Part shown: positions 38,868 to 49,442 of the stretch, in pieces
Numbering within the stretch: position 1 is the first letter of the stretch
Layout of the letters: each line of letters begins with the position of its first letter
From: Candidatus Bathyarchaeia archaeon
Lineage (GTDB): Archaea > Thermoproteota > CALKCG01 > B24
Length of the DNA: 64,000 nucleotides
Assembly: GCA_038870975.1 (NCBI GenBank)
Contig: JAVZJD010000001.1
Coordinates: forward strand, 512,001 to 576,000
Direction of reading: 5' to 3'
Notes under the pieces: generated by a model
What the model saw: only the letters and a program-made list of their open reading frames with translations
The model's database searches: none
Told to the model about the DNA's origin: nothing
Translations under genes and position numbers: made by a program

Positions 38868-39881
38868 ATGAAGGATGCAAGCACATTCGATGAAGTCAAA
38901 GAATTGAAAGTAGCGATTGAAGCTAGAGATTTAACCAAGCAGTACGGAGAATTCACAGCCGTAAACGGGTTGAACCTCAAAGTTTTCGATGGAGAATTCT
39001 TCGGCCTTCTTGGACCCAATGGAGCTGGGAAAACAACGACTGTTAGAATGCTTACTGGACTTATTAAACCCACTAAAGGTGAGGCGCTCATCATGGGCGC
39101 GAATATAATGGAGAGACCTCTCGACATTAAGAGGATCATAGGGGTTGTACCCGAGGTATCGAACATATACGTGGAGATGACTGCTTGGGAAAACCTCATG
39201 TTTGCAGCCGAGCTTTACGACGTCCCTCGAGGTGAAGCTGTTGAAAGAGCTAAAATGCTTCTAGAGGTTTTTGGTCTATACGATAGACGCCATGACAAAT
39301 CTGCTAACTTTTCTAAAGGTATGAGGAGGAGGCTGGCTATAGCCATGGCATTAATTCACAATCCAAAGGTTTTATTTTTGGACGAACCGACGAGTGGCTT
39401 AGACGTTCAAAGTACTAGAAACATCAGAGAGGTCGTTAGAAGACTCAATAGAGATGGAGTAACTGTTTTCATGACTACGCACTTCATAGATGAGGCCGAT
39501 AATCTATGCAATAGAGTCGGCATAATAAATAAAGGGCAATTGGTGACTTTAGATACGCCTGAAAAACTTAAACAGTCAATTGGGGGTAGACTAAGCGTTG
39601 AAATAGCGTTTCAACCCACACCAAGCTTAGAAGAGCTTAGAGAAATCTCAAGTGACATTGTGAAGACTGGAGATAAGTTTATAATTCACACGGAAAATCC
39701 ATCCACGACTCTATCTGGGCTTGTTAAACTAGCCAATACAAAAGAGTGGAGGATAGTATCAGTTAGAACTTTAACACCGAGCCTTGAGGATGTGTTTGTT
39801 AAACTCACAGGGCTTACGGCTGTTGACGTGGAACGGCTCGAGCTTGTCAGACCGTCTGGTAGAGGGAGGAGTAGAGAGTGA
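38868..39881 (+). CDS. ABC exporter ATP-binding protein (DrrA-like)
   Basis: GPNGAGKTT, FSKGMRRR, LFLDEPTSGLD, TTHFIDEA. Confidence 0.93.
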   Translation: MKDASTFDEVKELKVAIEARDLTKQYGEFTAVNGLNLKVFDGEFFGLLGPNGAGKTTTVRMLTGLIKPTKGEALIMGANIMERPLDIKRIIGVVPEVSNIYVEMTAWENLMFAAELYDVPRGEAVERAKMLLEVFGLYDRRHDKSANFSKGMRRRLAIAMALIHNPKVLFLDEPTSGLDVQSTRNIREVVRRLNRDGVTVFMTTHFIDEADNLCNRVGIINKGQLVTLDTPEKLKQSIGGRLSVEIAFQPTPSLEELREISSDIVKTGDKFIIHTENPSTTLSGLVKLANTKEWRIVSVRTLTPSLEDVFVKLTGLTAVDVERLELVRPSGRGRSRE

Positions 39882-40627
39882 AAATAGATATTTCTCCGAG
39901 GAAGGTATTCGCCATAGCGGCGAAAGACGTTAAAACTTATTACGGTAAGCCTCCTTCACTATTCTACGGTATTGTTTTACCGTTTGCACTCTTTGGAGCC
40001 TTCCTCGCTGGAAGACCCTGTGTAACAGAAGAGTATAGAGTTGTTGGGGTTACGGTTTTATCGACGTTCTTTGGTGGAACTACAATAGCGGCTGTAATTC
40101 TTCCTCTTGAGAGGAGGAGTGGAACCATAGATAGGCTTATTCTAGCTCCCGTCTCTTTCAAGACGCTTCTACTGGGGAAAAGTCTAGCTGGTTTCATGTT
40201 TAGCTTTCCGATAACACTTTTAGTTTTATCAATAATACTTCCATTCACGGGATTCTGGAACCTTAACCCCCTTCTCCTAGTGGCTTCCATAGCTTTATCT
40301 GTGCTATTCTCCTGCTCTTTCGGTTTAGCATTCTCAGCTTCGGCTAACGACGTGGCGGATGTCATGTGGCCTATGAATTTTGTTAGATTTTTAATGATAT
40401 TCTTCTCAGGGGTCTTCATGCCTATAGATGAAATATATCTCTACATGCCCTCTCTGAAGTTCATAGCCTACTTGCTACCTTTAACGTACTCTGTGGATGC
40501 AATCTACCAGTCTATAGTTGGAATAAACGATGCAATTATGTTAATCGCAGACTTCACAATACTGATAGCGATGACACTTGTGTTTTACTACGTAGCTTAT
40601 AGAAGGTTCATAAAAACCCTGACCTGA
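39878..40627 (+). CDS. ABC-2 type permease
   Basis: ERRSGTIDRLILAP, FFSGVFMP, PLTYSVD. Confidence 0.9.
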   Translation: MKIDISPRKVFAIAAKDVKTYYGKPPSLFYGIVLPFALFGAFLAGRPCVTEEYRVVGVTVLSTFFGGTTIAAVILPLERRSGTIDRLILAPVSFKTLLLGKSLAGFMFSFPITLLVLSIILPFTGFWNLNPLLLVASIALSVLFSCSFGLAFSASANDVADVMWPMNFVRFLMIFFSGVFMPIDEIYLYMPSLKFIAYLLPLTYSVDAIYQSIVGINDAIMLIADFTILIAMTLVFYYVAYRRFIKTLT

Positions 40628-40765
40628 AGAACCACTAGTATAGAGCTAGATAGAGGAATGACTGAGTTGTATTTTGCTCTTCCATAATTTCATCGATTTA
40701 TATCCATGTAGACGTTTGAACAGAAAAATTTATAACATTTAAAAGTTAAACATTAAAATGAGAAT

Positions 40766-42220
40766 ATGAAGAGAAAGTTTGTAGCGCTTTTTCTAATAGC
40801 GTTGGTTATTGCAGTCGCCTATTTCTTAGTCTATACAAAGCCATGGATTACTAAAATCTCCGTACTCTACCCTGAAGACGCAACAGACATAGTCAATGGA
40901 CTGAGGGCTAAGTTTGAAGAGGGAAACTGGTTTACGGGGATAGAGCTTAAGACATACGCTAGTAGTGAAGCTATCCATGAGATTTTAGGCTCAGAGAGGG
41001 TAGACGTTGTATTTGTAGACGGTATAAGCATCGCTGAAAGCTTATACGAAGATGGATACATAGATTGGTTTATAGAATTCGGGAATAGGAGTAGAAGCGT
41101 ATACTGTATAGCAACCGTTAAAGGCTCCGTCCATTCCACTCAGGCCTTAGAATTCGTGAGGTTTGTACTGGAAAACCCTGGGGTATATGCAGGTTTATGT
41201 ACTGTTGTAACACCAGCTAAAGGGTTTGGAAACGTTCCAGAGGAATTTCAGCAATACGTTGCAAAGTATAAAATTATCGTGGATTGGATTAATAGAAGCA
41301 TCGTAATACCTGAGAACGTTGGGAGAATTGTCAGCCTCGTTCCAGTGATCACAATTTCCATGATAATGATGAATGGTGGAGATTTACTGGTAGGCGTCGA
41401 TAGGATCTCCCCGACTTCTGAATTCCTACAAATAGTCTACCCGCGTATCAAAGATATACCCGTGGCCGGCTTTCTAACAGAGTTCGACGAAGAATACATA
41501 TTAAGCCTAAATCCAGACGTCGTTTTAGTGAAAGATCCTATTGTTGTTGAGAGGTTTGAAAAAATCGGAATACCCGTTATAGTGATCAACATGGGCGACC
41601 TTAACTATAACCAGCTTTATGACGCCCTTAGACTCATAGGTGACATTATCAATAGAAAAGATGAAGCAGAAGAACTAGTATCTTACTGTGAAAGTGTTAT
41701 AGAAGACCTGTTGAATGTAACGGCTAAAATCCCTAGGGAGGAAAAGCCGAAGGTTTACATTGCCATGGGTGACGGGTTGACGACACACATAACTCTTGTT
41801 TCAAAAGACACGATTCGAGTTGCTGGTGGTATATGTGTTGCTGAAAACCTCACAGCGCCCGTTGGAGCGCCTAGAGTGCAAGTATCTATGGAGACTATAC
41901 TTGAGTGGAACCCAGACGTCATAATAGCTTGGGACCCCAAGGTTAAACAACGTATTCTCTCAGACCCTAGGTGGTCTGCCGTCAACGCCGTTAAAAACGG
42001 CAGAGTTTACGTGCTACCTAGGGGTGTTAGAGAGTGGATTATACCTGAGCCTGAAGCCGTTTTAGGTGCTAAATGGCTTGCCGCAAAGCTCTACCCAGAC
42101 TTAATAAGTCCCTTAAGTAGGGATGACATTAGAGAGTTCTACAAGAGGTTTTTAAACTATACAGTTTCAGAAGAGGAAATCGATAAAATACTAAGTGGTA
42201 CATATGTCACAACGATATAA
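40766..42220 (+). CDS. Class III (Fe/B12/MolA-type) ABC substrate-binding protein with N-terminal WtpA-like half domain
   Basis: From about aa 170: VDWINRSIVIP..V.RIVSL, EYILSLNPDVV, SMETILEWNPDVII, W..VNAVKNGRVY. Residues ~30-165 resemble lobe I of WtpA/ModA. Confidence 0.82.
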   Translation: MKRKFVALFLIALVIAVAYFLVYTKPWITKISVLYPEDATDIVNGLRAKFEEGNWFTGIELKTYASSEAIHEILGSERVDVVFVDGISIAESLYEDGYIDWFIEFGNRSRSVYCIATVKGSVHSTQALEFVRFVLENPGVYAGLCTVVTPAKGFGNVPEEFQQYVAKYKIIVDWINRSIVIPENVGRIVSLVPVITISMIMMNGGDLLVGVDRISPTSEFLQIVYPRIKDIPVAGFLTEFDEEYILSLNPDVVLVKDPIVVERFEKIGIPVIVINMGDLNYNQLYDALRLIGDIINRKDEAEELVSYCESVIEDLLNVTAKIPREEKPKVYIAMGDGLTTHITLVSKDTIRVAGGICVAENLTAPVGAPRVQVSMETILEWNPDVIIAWDPKVKQRILSDPRWSAVNAVKNGRVYVLPRGVREWIIPEPEAVLGAKWLAAKLYPDLISPLSRDDIREFYKRFLNYTVSEEEIDKILSGTYVTTI

Positions 42221-43250
42221 ACGGATTCTTGAAAAGATCCGAGGAAGAAAAGCTTCAACAACTATTTTAACCCTACTACCCATACTTTTTTTCCTAGCGT
42301 CACTATTCATTGGTAGGTATCAGATTCCACCCGACATGGTGATCTTAACTCTCATATCGAAAATACTGCCGATGCCGCACCCACACAATATTCCTAAGCA
42401 GGTTGAAATAACGATAATTCAGATTAGACTGCCAAGAGCCATAGCAGCTACGCTGGTAGGTGCTACTTTAGCCCTCTCGGGAACAAGCTTTCAAGCCCTA
42501 TTCAGAAACCCTTTAGTCTCTTCTCAAATACTAGGTGTTGCTTCAGGCGCAGGCTTTGGAGCCGCTCTAGCTCTTCTCTTATCCGGAGATCTCGTGGTCG
42601 TTCAGATTTCAGCCTTCGGGTTTGGAATAGCAGCCGTAGCCATGTCCTATGCAATAAGTAGAATACATAAGGAAACACCAGTTCTCACGCTTGTTTTAGC
42701 TGGAATGGTTGTTGGAGCCTTGTTCTCATCTCTAACCTCGCTTATAAAGTACGTAGCCGACCCGTATGAAAGACTTCCTTCGATAGTCTTCTGGCTCATG
42801 GGAAGTCTCTCAGGGGTTTCATTTAGAGAGCTCTCCTGGAGCGTTATTCCAATGATAGCCTCATGTATAATTCTAGTTATGATCAGATGGAGGCTGAACG
42901 TCCTTTCGCTAGGAGAGGAGGAGGCTAAAGCGTTAGGTGTGGATGTTGAAAAGATGAGGATGCTTGTGGTAAGCTGTTGTACGTTGATGACGAGTGCGGC
43001 TGTAGCTATAGCTGGTGTAGTCGGATGGGTTGGATTGGTAATACCGCACGTATGTAGGATGCTGGTAGGTCCAGACCATAAGGTTCTTGTGCCAGCTTCA
43101 ATATCCATAGGGGCTACGTATATACTGGCAGTTGATAGTTTAGCTAGAGCGGTTTCAACGGTTGAAATACCCCTAGGCGTATTGACTGCTATAATAGGAG
43201 CACCGTTCTTCTTCTACCTTCTGAGGAGGGAGAGATTGGGATGGAGATGA
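42195..43250 (+). CDS. FecCD/BtuC-type ABC permease (MolB/HI1471-like)
   Basis: IRLPRA, FRNPLVS..ILGVASGA, FWLMGSL, EAKALGV, GWVGLVIPH. Confidence 0.92.
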   Translation: MVHMSQRYKRILEKIRGRKASTTILTLLPILFFLASLFIGRYQIPPDMVILTLISKILPMPHPHNIPKQVEITIIQIRLPRAIAATLVGATLALSGTSFQALFRNPLVSSQILGVASGAGFGAALALLLSGDLVVVQISAFGFGIAAVAMSYAISRIHKETPVLTLVLAGMVVGALFSSLTSLIKYVADPYERLPSIVFWLMGSLSGVSFRELSWSVIPMIASCIILVMIRWRLNVLSLGEEEAKALGVDVEKMRMLVVSCCTLMTSAAVAIAGVVGWVGLVIPHVCRMLVGPDHKVLVPASISIGATYILAVDSLARAVSTVEIPLGVLTAIIGAPFFFYLLRRERLGWR

Positions 43251-44080
43251 AAGTAGTAGACTTGCACTTTTCATATCCTACGGGTAAGGAGGTTATTAAA
43301 GGCATCTCATTTAAAGTGAATAGTGGAGATATCTTCTGTATATTGGGTCCAAACGGATGTGGTAAAACAACCCTTCTAAAGTGTTTATGCGGCATTTTAA
43401 AGCCTACCAAGGGTTTAATACTTCTAGATGGTGTAGAAGTGAAACCTACGTCTAGAGCTGAATATGCGAAAATCGTCGCCTATCTGCCTCAGGAGCATAG
43501 GTCTTTTCTCCCATATAGAGTCTTAGATTTTGTAGTCATGGGGAGGGTGCCGCACTTAGACATATTCTCAACGCCGTCGGATAAGGACTATAGGATAGCT
43601 GAAGAAGCGCTTAAGGAGGTTGATGCCTACCATTTGAAGGATAGGCCGTACGTAGAGTTGAGCGGCGGTGAGAAACAACTCGTACTGATTGCTAGAGCAT
43701 TAGCCCAACAGCCTAAAATCTTACTTTTAGATGAGCCGACTTCTCAGTTAGACCTGAAAAACCAAGCGATTGTGCTTAAAGTACTAAGTAGACTTGCACG
43801 ACGTGGCTTAATAGTGGTAATGAGTACACATTTCCCAACACATGCTTTTCTACACTCTAGTAGAGTGGGCTTAATGATGGATGGACGTTTCTTAGCATTA
43901 GGAGAGCCAGAGCAGATCATGACGGAGGAGAATCTCAGAAAGGCGTATGGTGTTGATGTAAAGGTTCTATCGGTAAGAAGTCCAATAGGTGATGGTTTTA
44001 TAAAGATGTGCATTCCGACCGAGGTTATCTTAGCACGCCGGTGCCTCTACGAGGGTGAGCGTAAAGAGGGAGATTCATAG
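43241..44080 (+). CDS. ABC transporter ATP-binding protein (FecE-type)
   Basis: GPNGCGKTT, LSGGEKQ, LLLDEPT. Confidence 0.93.
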   Translation: MEMKVVDLHFSYPTGKEVIKGISFKVNSGDIFCILGPNGCGKTTLLKCLCGILKPTKGLILLDGVEVKPTSRAEYAKIVAYLPQEHRSFLPYRVLDFVVMGRVPHLDIFSTPSDKDYRIAEEALKEVDAYHLKDRPYVELSGGEKQLVLIARALAQQPKILLLDEPTSQLDLKNQAIVLKVLSRLARRGLIVVMSTHFPTHAFLHSSRVGLMMDGRFLALGEPEQIMTEENLRKAYGVDVKVLSVRSPIGDGFIKMCIPTEVILARRCLYEGERKEGDS

Positions 44081-44083
44081 GTT

Positions 44084-44710
44084 ATGAGTTATTCTAACTC
44101 ATCTGTGGAAGGGGATATACCTCATCCTCCCCTCTTCCCATTGATCGTATATCAGGCTTTAGCACAGCAGATTATTGAAGATTGTGAAATCTTAGAGGGG
44201 CTGTGTGTTGACCTAGGTAGTGGTGTTGGCATGCTTGGGATACAGCTTGCCAAGCTGACTAAGCTTGAAGTCTTACTCCTAGATGTTGATAGAAACGCTT
44301 TAGTATGCGGTTTGGAAAACGCTGAGCATTTCAAGGTTAGAGAAAAAGTTTCAGCAATCCGAGCAGATGTACATAATCTACCGTTTAAGCCTAACTCGGT
44401 AGACTTGATAGTCAGTAGAGGATCCATACCGTTTTGGAGAAACCATGTTAAAGCCTTCAGAGAAATATATGAGGTATTAGCTAGAGGGGGAAGAACCTTC
44501 ATAGGTGGAGGATTAACCAAGAATCTACCGGAGCATGTGAGGAGGAAGCTTGGAGAGAGAATAAGACAGTTCTTCAATAGCTCTAGAGGTAGACAGTATC
44601 TAGCTCCAGAAGACTGGAGGATAGAGGATTGGCTTAGAGAAGCCGGGATCACGCAGTTTGAAGTAATTCGAGGAGACCCAGGCAGATGGATTGAAATTAT
44701 CAAATCTTAA
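44084..44710 (+). CDS. Class I SAM-dependent methyltransferase
   Basis: VDLGSGVG, ADVHNLPF, DLIVSRGS.PFW. Confidence 0.88.
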   Translation: MSYSNSSVEGDIPHPPLFPLIVYQALAQQIIEDCEILEGLCVDLGSGVGMLGIQLAKLTKLEVLLLDVDRNALVCGLENAEHFKVREKVSAIRADVHNLPFKPNSVDLIVSRGSIPFWRNHVKAFREIYEVLARGGRTFIGGGLTKNLPEHVRRKLGERIRQFFNSSRGRQYLAPEDWRIEDWLREAGITQFEVIRGDPGRWIEIIKS

Positions 44711-44797
44711 GCCATCTCTTCTGAAGATTTGAAGATTGCAACTTTCCAGTTTTCAATAGCATATTTTGTCTACAGGTTTTAATCGCACATCTAATGC

Positions 44798-45240
44798 TTA
44801 AACTCCAAAGTTTTCCCTCAAATAGTTACTTATAACTAGAAGAGCCTTCTCAGCGCTTCTAATGGCTTCCTCAGCCTGCTCACGTCTGTACTCTTTAGAT
44901 GGTTGCCAAATTCTCCTACCTCTGACTATCGGATACCTCGCTAACGTGTAGTGCTCGAAAAGCCAATATACTTCCCTCAGAACATCTTTTAGAAGCTCAA
45001 CCCAATTGCTTGGTGCTGATGTTATAACCTCCGAGGCGAAGTACGGTGAAACATCATGCTCATTACACCATGCATGGTTAAAGCAGATTTCATGGCTAGT
45101 TCAACGCATTGTTGGGCGTTGAAAACGGCTCTAGCATATCTTTCAGCTTTAAAATCGTCTTTAGCTGACTCTAGAAACACCTTAGCTTCTCCAATTTGAG
45201 CTCTAGCTAGTTCAATGTTTAGGCTTGATCCAGAGTCCAC
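44798..45240 (-). pseudogene. HEPN-domain protein, frameshifted
   Basis: ..RYARAVFNAQQCVELAMKS.L..HG, then a frame change near 45062 to EHDVSPYF...EHYTLARYP...EQAEEAIRSAE..ENFGV* (TAA at 44798-44800). Confidence 0.75.
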
Positions 45241-45724
45241 TCCACTTATACCTCCTCCATCCTTCCTCGCGTAAAGAAGCCTCCACCTCGTTTAAAAGCT
45301 CGCTCACTCCAAGTCTATCATATGTGACTTTATAACCTAATAGCACTCCAAGAATTAAAGGATGTTTTTGATCCAACATATACTTGAATTCGTCTACTGT
45401 GAATACTAGAGAGTCGATCGGTATTTCATACTCTATCATTATATTTTCAAGACCGCTACGGACATTTCTATCGCTCTCCGTAGCATCTGTGAGAACTACG
45501 ATTACGTCTAAATCACTTTCGAGCTTTCTTCTACCTTGAACTGTGGAACCGAAGAGAACGATCGATAAGAGTCTATCTTCATACTTGACTTTTAAACGTT
45601 CAACGATTTCTCTGCAAACATCCTCAAGATACGTCAATTCACAGTGAAAAGTTCTTTCGCGGTAATTAAAGCTATTGTCGGATCTGAGAAGCGAGGAAAA
45701 ATGGAATTGGAAGTCTAAATCCAA
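45212..45724 (-). CDS. Minimal nucleotidyltransferase (MNT antitoxin)
   Basis: VLFGSTVQG....SDLDVIVV; true start probably downstream of 45724. Confidence 0.85.
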   Translation of the reverse strand: MDLDFQFHFSSLLRSDNSFNYRERTFHCELTYLEDVCREIVERLKVKYEDRLLSIVLFGSTVQGRRKLESDLDVIVVLTDATESDRNVRSGLENIMIEYEIPIDSLVFTVDEFKYMLDQKHPLILGVLLGYKVTYDRLGVSELLNEVEASLREEGWRRYKWSGLWIKPKH

Positions 45725-45775
45725 GATAAAAGCATGCCCGTTATCAGAAGTGTGAGCTATTATGCTTTCAATTAC

Positions 45776-46480
45776 CTACTCTTCAGCTCTTCGTTTGACT
45801 TCCATCTTTAGTCTACCTATGTAGTCCTTCACTTTAGTAAGCCACATGTTAAACTCACGCTCTAAGTTTTCTCTTGGATAATTTCCACGGTAGAAGTATT
45901 CTACGTGCAACTTCTCTATTATCTGCTCAAACTCCTCTGCATACGGGTTTGGAAGCATCCTCCTCACCATCCCCCATCTTGTCACTTCAGTCGACAGGTA
46001 GACCATCGATGCTATTCTAGCGGCGTGGAATAATGCGTCAAAAGCCTCCCGTATCCTCCTATCCTTATCTAACGAGTCTACCGCCTCCTTAGAAAGTTTA
46101 AAATCTTCTAAAGCACCCCTAATGTACGACTCAGCCTGATCAAACGTCGGATCGCCGAGGCTTTTAGAGAGGCTTCTAATGCAATCCCCACTACCGTAAA
46201 GTATGTTAAAGGCACCCAATATATTTCTTAAGAGGTCTTCCCTTAGCGTTTCCCCGACCTCATGGACTATTATGTCCACGCTTATTGGCGCATCACATGG
46301 ATTGGCTAAGTCGAAGTATCTACCATAATCCTTTTTACGCTTAGTTACTATGAAAAGGTCTACATCTCTAGCATACTTAGGAGCGTAAACAGACGAGCCG
46401 AACTGCACTATTTCAACTATGTCAGGGTCGAATTCTACGAGCTTCTTACATAAACTACTTACATAGGATTTAATATCCAA
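45776..46480 (-). CDS. MNT-HEPN fusion protein
   Basis: QFGSSVYAP..ARDVDLF N-terminal MNT; helical C-terminal domain with ALFHAAR and LH..YFY.G.Y. Confidence 0.7.
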   Translation of the reverse strand: MDIKSYVSSLCKKLVEFDPDIVEIVQFGSSVYAPKYARDVDLFIVTKRKKDYGRYFDLANPCDAPISVDIIVHEVGETLREDLLRNILGAFNILYGSGDCIRSLSKSLGDPTFDQAESYIRGALEDFKLSKEAVDSLDKDRRIREAFDALFHAARIASMVYLSTEVTRWGMVRRMLPNPYAEEFEQIIEKLHVEYFYRGNYPRENLEREFNMWLTKVKDYIGRLKMEVKRRAEE

Positions 46481-46980
46481 ACTGTAACTAACTACTTTAA
46501 TGTACTCTTAAAAAGATTTTAGAAGATGGAAGTTATTGCTTAAAATACCTGCGGATAAACTCTCCAGGTCAGCGGAGCAAGAGATGGTATAAATTGGAAT
46601 CCTCCATAAATCTAAAACTAAAATGCATAGGGAAGTGCCTCCAAAGGTTATCATATCAAATCTATTCTATCATAGTTTAATTGTTATCCCTTTTACACCC
46701 ATAAACCGCCTCTACTGCTTTCTGTGTTAACAACACCATCAACAGTTGAGGGGAGCCGTCTCCAGCTCTTACAGCTTCTATAGGTTCACTGGGGTTCTTA
46801 AAACTGCACGTACAGCATAAAAGTGGAACACCAGAGTACTGTGTGAATCTGAGTTTTAAAGCAACTATGTACTATGAGAGACTGACCCATATGAAGCTTA
46901 AGAAGAGAAGTAAAGAAGTCTAGGCAAATCAACATTCATTATGGAGGAGGACTATGGCTGTTTAAGAGTTATATTCTCGT

Positions 46981-47277
46981 TTATTTAGAACAGGGACCTC
47001 TCGGACACAGATATACGTGGACTCTTTTCATACGCTCTTCCATAGATAGGCCACTGACGAACCTTCGAATATAATCCTCCACTATTTTAAATTGTTCTTC
47101 CGTTAATTTTAAAGTTGCAAACCCCGTCTTTTCAGCCTCCCTTTCATACCATCCGCAGAGTCCAATGCAAACATATCTATGTAAAAGACGTCTGGCTTCC
47201 TCCCAAGATATGTTCAACTGTTTGGCAATAGCCTCTATGACGTTCTCCACCCCACCATTGTGCGAAGACATCCGCAT
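46981..47277 (-). CDS. Small hypothetical protein with Cys pairs
   Basis: CIGLCGW and CPRGPC; GGAGG upstream. Confidence 0.55.
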   Translation of the reverse strand: MRMSSHNGGVENVIEAIAKQLNISWEEARRLLHRYVCIGLCGWYEREAEKTGFATLKLTEEQFKIVEDYIRRFVSGLSMEERMKRVHVYLCPRGPCSK

Positions 47278-47316
47278 AAACCTCCATTTTTAAAAGAGTG
47301 GATCTCTATGGAATCT

Positions 47317-48060
47317 TCAGCTTTTAGCGGTATTAGCCTTTTTTCTCTCTTCAGCTATTTTACGGACCAGGGGGTTAAACATGCATCTTTCCATGAGGCA
47401 GACCGGGTTCTCCTTCCATAGTGTACATCTACCTACGAGCCCGCCTGGGCTTGGTGTGGATAGTTTGTAGCCAAACTCCTTCTCAAAGACTCTAACGGCA
47501 TGCAGTATGACAACGTAAGATGCAAGCCTACAACAGTGAGGACCCCCATGTCTAGCCACCAATGTAATCGCTTCAGCCGAGTACTTTAAAGTTAAACTTC
47601 TCTCCTTATCATGGTATGGTGTAGCTTTGGTGATTATGCTTACAGCTATGCCCAGCCCAACGGCGGCTCCACACGCCCCAAGGAAGCCGCAAGCCGCGGC
47701 TGGGACGAGGGAGCCTCTTTTTAAAGCTTCTTCTACATCTTCATCTGTAAAGGGATAGCCGTTATTTCTTAGGGAGGCTATTAAAACTCCTGGGACGATT
47801 GCATGATGCCAGGGTCCGCTTACGGGCATCCTAGGCGAGAGATTCCACAATCCTCTAAGCTCATCGATGACTCTCTCAAACATGATGACTGGGTCTTTCT
47901 CCCTCGCGGCTAAAACCGTGTTGAAAACAGTGGGTAGAAACTCTACGTAGCGTCCAGGCTTTGGAGAACCCTTCATCATAGCAGACATCTTCCTATAGAG
48001 TTCATACCTTGGGGTATTCTTCAACTCCTCTATGGTAACTTCTTTAACCTCTTCACTCAA
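47317..48060 (-). CDS. DUF5714-like Cys-rich protein
   Basis: GPWHHAIVPG, CGFLGACGAAVG.G, GGPHCCR, C....N..C...RC.F. Confidence 0.75.
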   Translation of the reverse strand: MSEEVKEVTIEELKNTPRYELYRKMSAMMKGSPKPGRYVEFLPTVFNTVLAAREKDPVIMFERVIDELRGLWNLSPRMPVSGPWHHAIVPGVLIASLRNNGYPFTDEDVEEALKRGSLVPAAACGFLGACGAAVGLGIAVSIITKATPYHDKERSLTLKYSAEAITLVARHGGPHCCRLASYVVILHAVRVFEKEFGYKLSTPSPGGLVGRCTLWKENPVCLMERCMFNPLVRKIAEERKKANTAKS

Positions 48061-48134
48061 GAGGATACACCATGTATTAGTGGTTTCTACGTTAATTTAA
48101 GTATTTCAAATTGTTAACTTCGCGTTGGAGTAGG

Positions 48135-49391
48135 TTAACGGACCTCCGATAGAAGTCTCAGCGACTCCTCTACAAGCTTCTCTCCAGTACCCTTCTCAAC
48201 TATGCACGTTGGGAATGACGCTTCGTATCCACCTTCATCGTATGCTTTTTCAACCGGAATGTATCCGAAGTATCCATTACAATATCCAACTACTAATGTG
48301 TTCTTAAAGGGAGAGTATTCTTTTATCTTAAGTCCTACCTCGACTAGTATCTCACTTGGGAGCATTACTAAAGCCGTATTGTCGGATAACGCTAGAACAG
48401 TTATCGGAAGATCTAAGTATTCCACGTTTCTGAACTTCTCTAAGACATAGATTTTAGTCTCGACGATGTAACGTCTATATGCGTCTAAAGATTCTCCAGA
48501 CTTTTCTAAAGCTTCAAGCTCCTGTTTAGCCTCTTCAATCGTCAAAGGCTTCCAAACCTTGGCTTTAACAGTCGAGCTTCTCATCCTTAAATTAGGCGTC
48601 TCAGGTGTAGATAGCTCAGCGGTTTTAACGGCTTCACACGCGAGGATACGACCCATCCAATCTACATCCTTAAAAGTCCCAATGCTTCTATCGTAGACCC
48701 TGTTTAAATCTGTCCCAAGCGTCAACGGGTTTATATCTCCACATGTACCATTGAGGAACAGTGGGAAGCCTCCGGTGAGCATTTTCACATAGCGGTTTAA
48801 AGCACCTGGATAATCTGCGCTTATATACAGGTTGTTATGCCCCATGACTACGGCGTGACATGTAAAATTGACTAGCAATGCCTCATATGTTGAATCATGT
48901 TTGAAGGAGACTACGTGAACTCTAGGGTCTATTAAGCCGGAGCTTGGATTCCGCCTATTCACTACGACTTTTTCAGCAGATCCAATTCCAGAGTATAGTT
49001 GGACCTCCTTAAGCTCTCTACTAGCCATGTAAACCGTTCCAGCGGCCACCTTAGCAATGTATTCGTTAAGCCACTGGTTGGGTTCCGGACCGGCATGAGT
49101 ATGAGTAGCGGCTATTGCAAGTTTGGATCTATCTACACCCAATGCCTTTGAAGCTAGGCTCTGGAAGTCGTCTAAAAGCCCAGAGCTTACCCCAATGAGG
49201 TCTAAGACAACTATTGCGAAGACTTCACCGTGGTCTTCAAAGTATAGTGCACGACACGTTAAATCATCATGTACCCCCTCAGACGGTTGAACTCTAGACG
49301 CATAACCTGAAAGACGTACTCCAACTGGAGGGGTTATTATAGATAGTGCATATCCTATTTTCAAAGGAGACACCATTATCAGATAGTTCAT
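48135..49391 (-). CDS. Neutral/alkaline ceramidase-family hydrolase
   Basis: LSGYASR, GVHDDL, ATHTHAGP, NFTCHA, SADYPG, GTCGDINP, GYIP....Y.EGGYE. Confidence 0.85.
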   Translation of the reverse strand: MNYLIMVSPLKIGYALSIITPPVGVRLSGYASRVQPSEGVHDDLTCRALYFEDHGEVFAIVVLDLIGVSSGLLDDFQSLASKALGVDRSKLAIAATHTHAGPEPNQWLNEYIAKVAAGTVYMASRELKEVQLYSGIGSAEKVVVNRRNPSSGLIDPRVHVVSFKHDSTYEALLVNFTCHAVVMGHNNLYISADYPGALNRYVKMLTGGFPLFLNGTCGDINPLTLGTDLNRVYDRSIGTFKDVDWMGRILACEAVKTAELSTPETPNLRMRSSTVKAKVWKPLTIEEAKQELEALEKSGESLDAYRRYIVETKIYVLEKFRNVEYLDLPITVLALSDNTALVMLPSEILVEVGLKIKEYSPFKNTLVVGYCNGYFGYIPVEKAYDEGGYEASFPTCIVEKGTGEKLVEESLRLLSEVR

Positions 49392-49442
49392 TCTAGTGGA
49401 GAATATTAAACTATCTTCTTATACATCGAGGTATCGATCGGG

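Noticed and set aside
46500-46980. Possible decayed gene, and a weak arm-like match near 46548
   Set aside because: No recognisable protein motif; the 13/18 nucleotide match is too weak to support.
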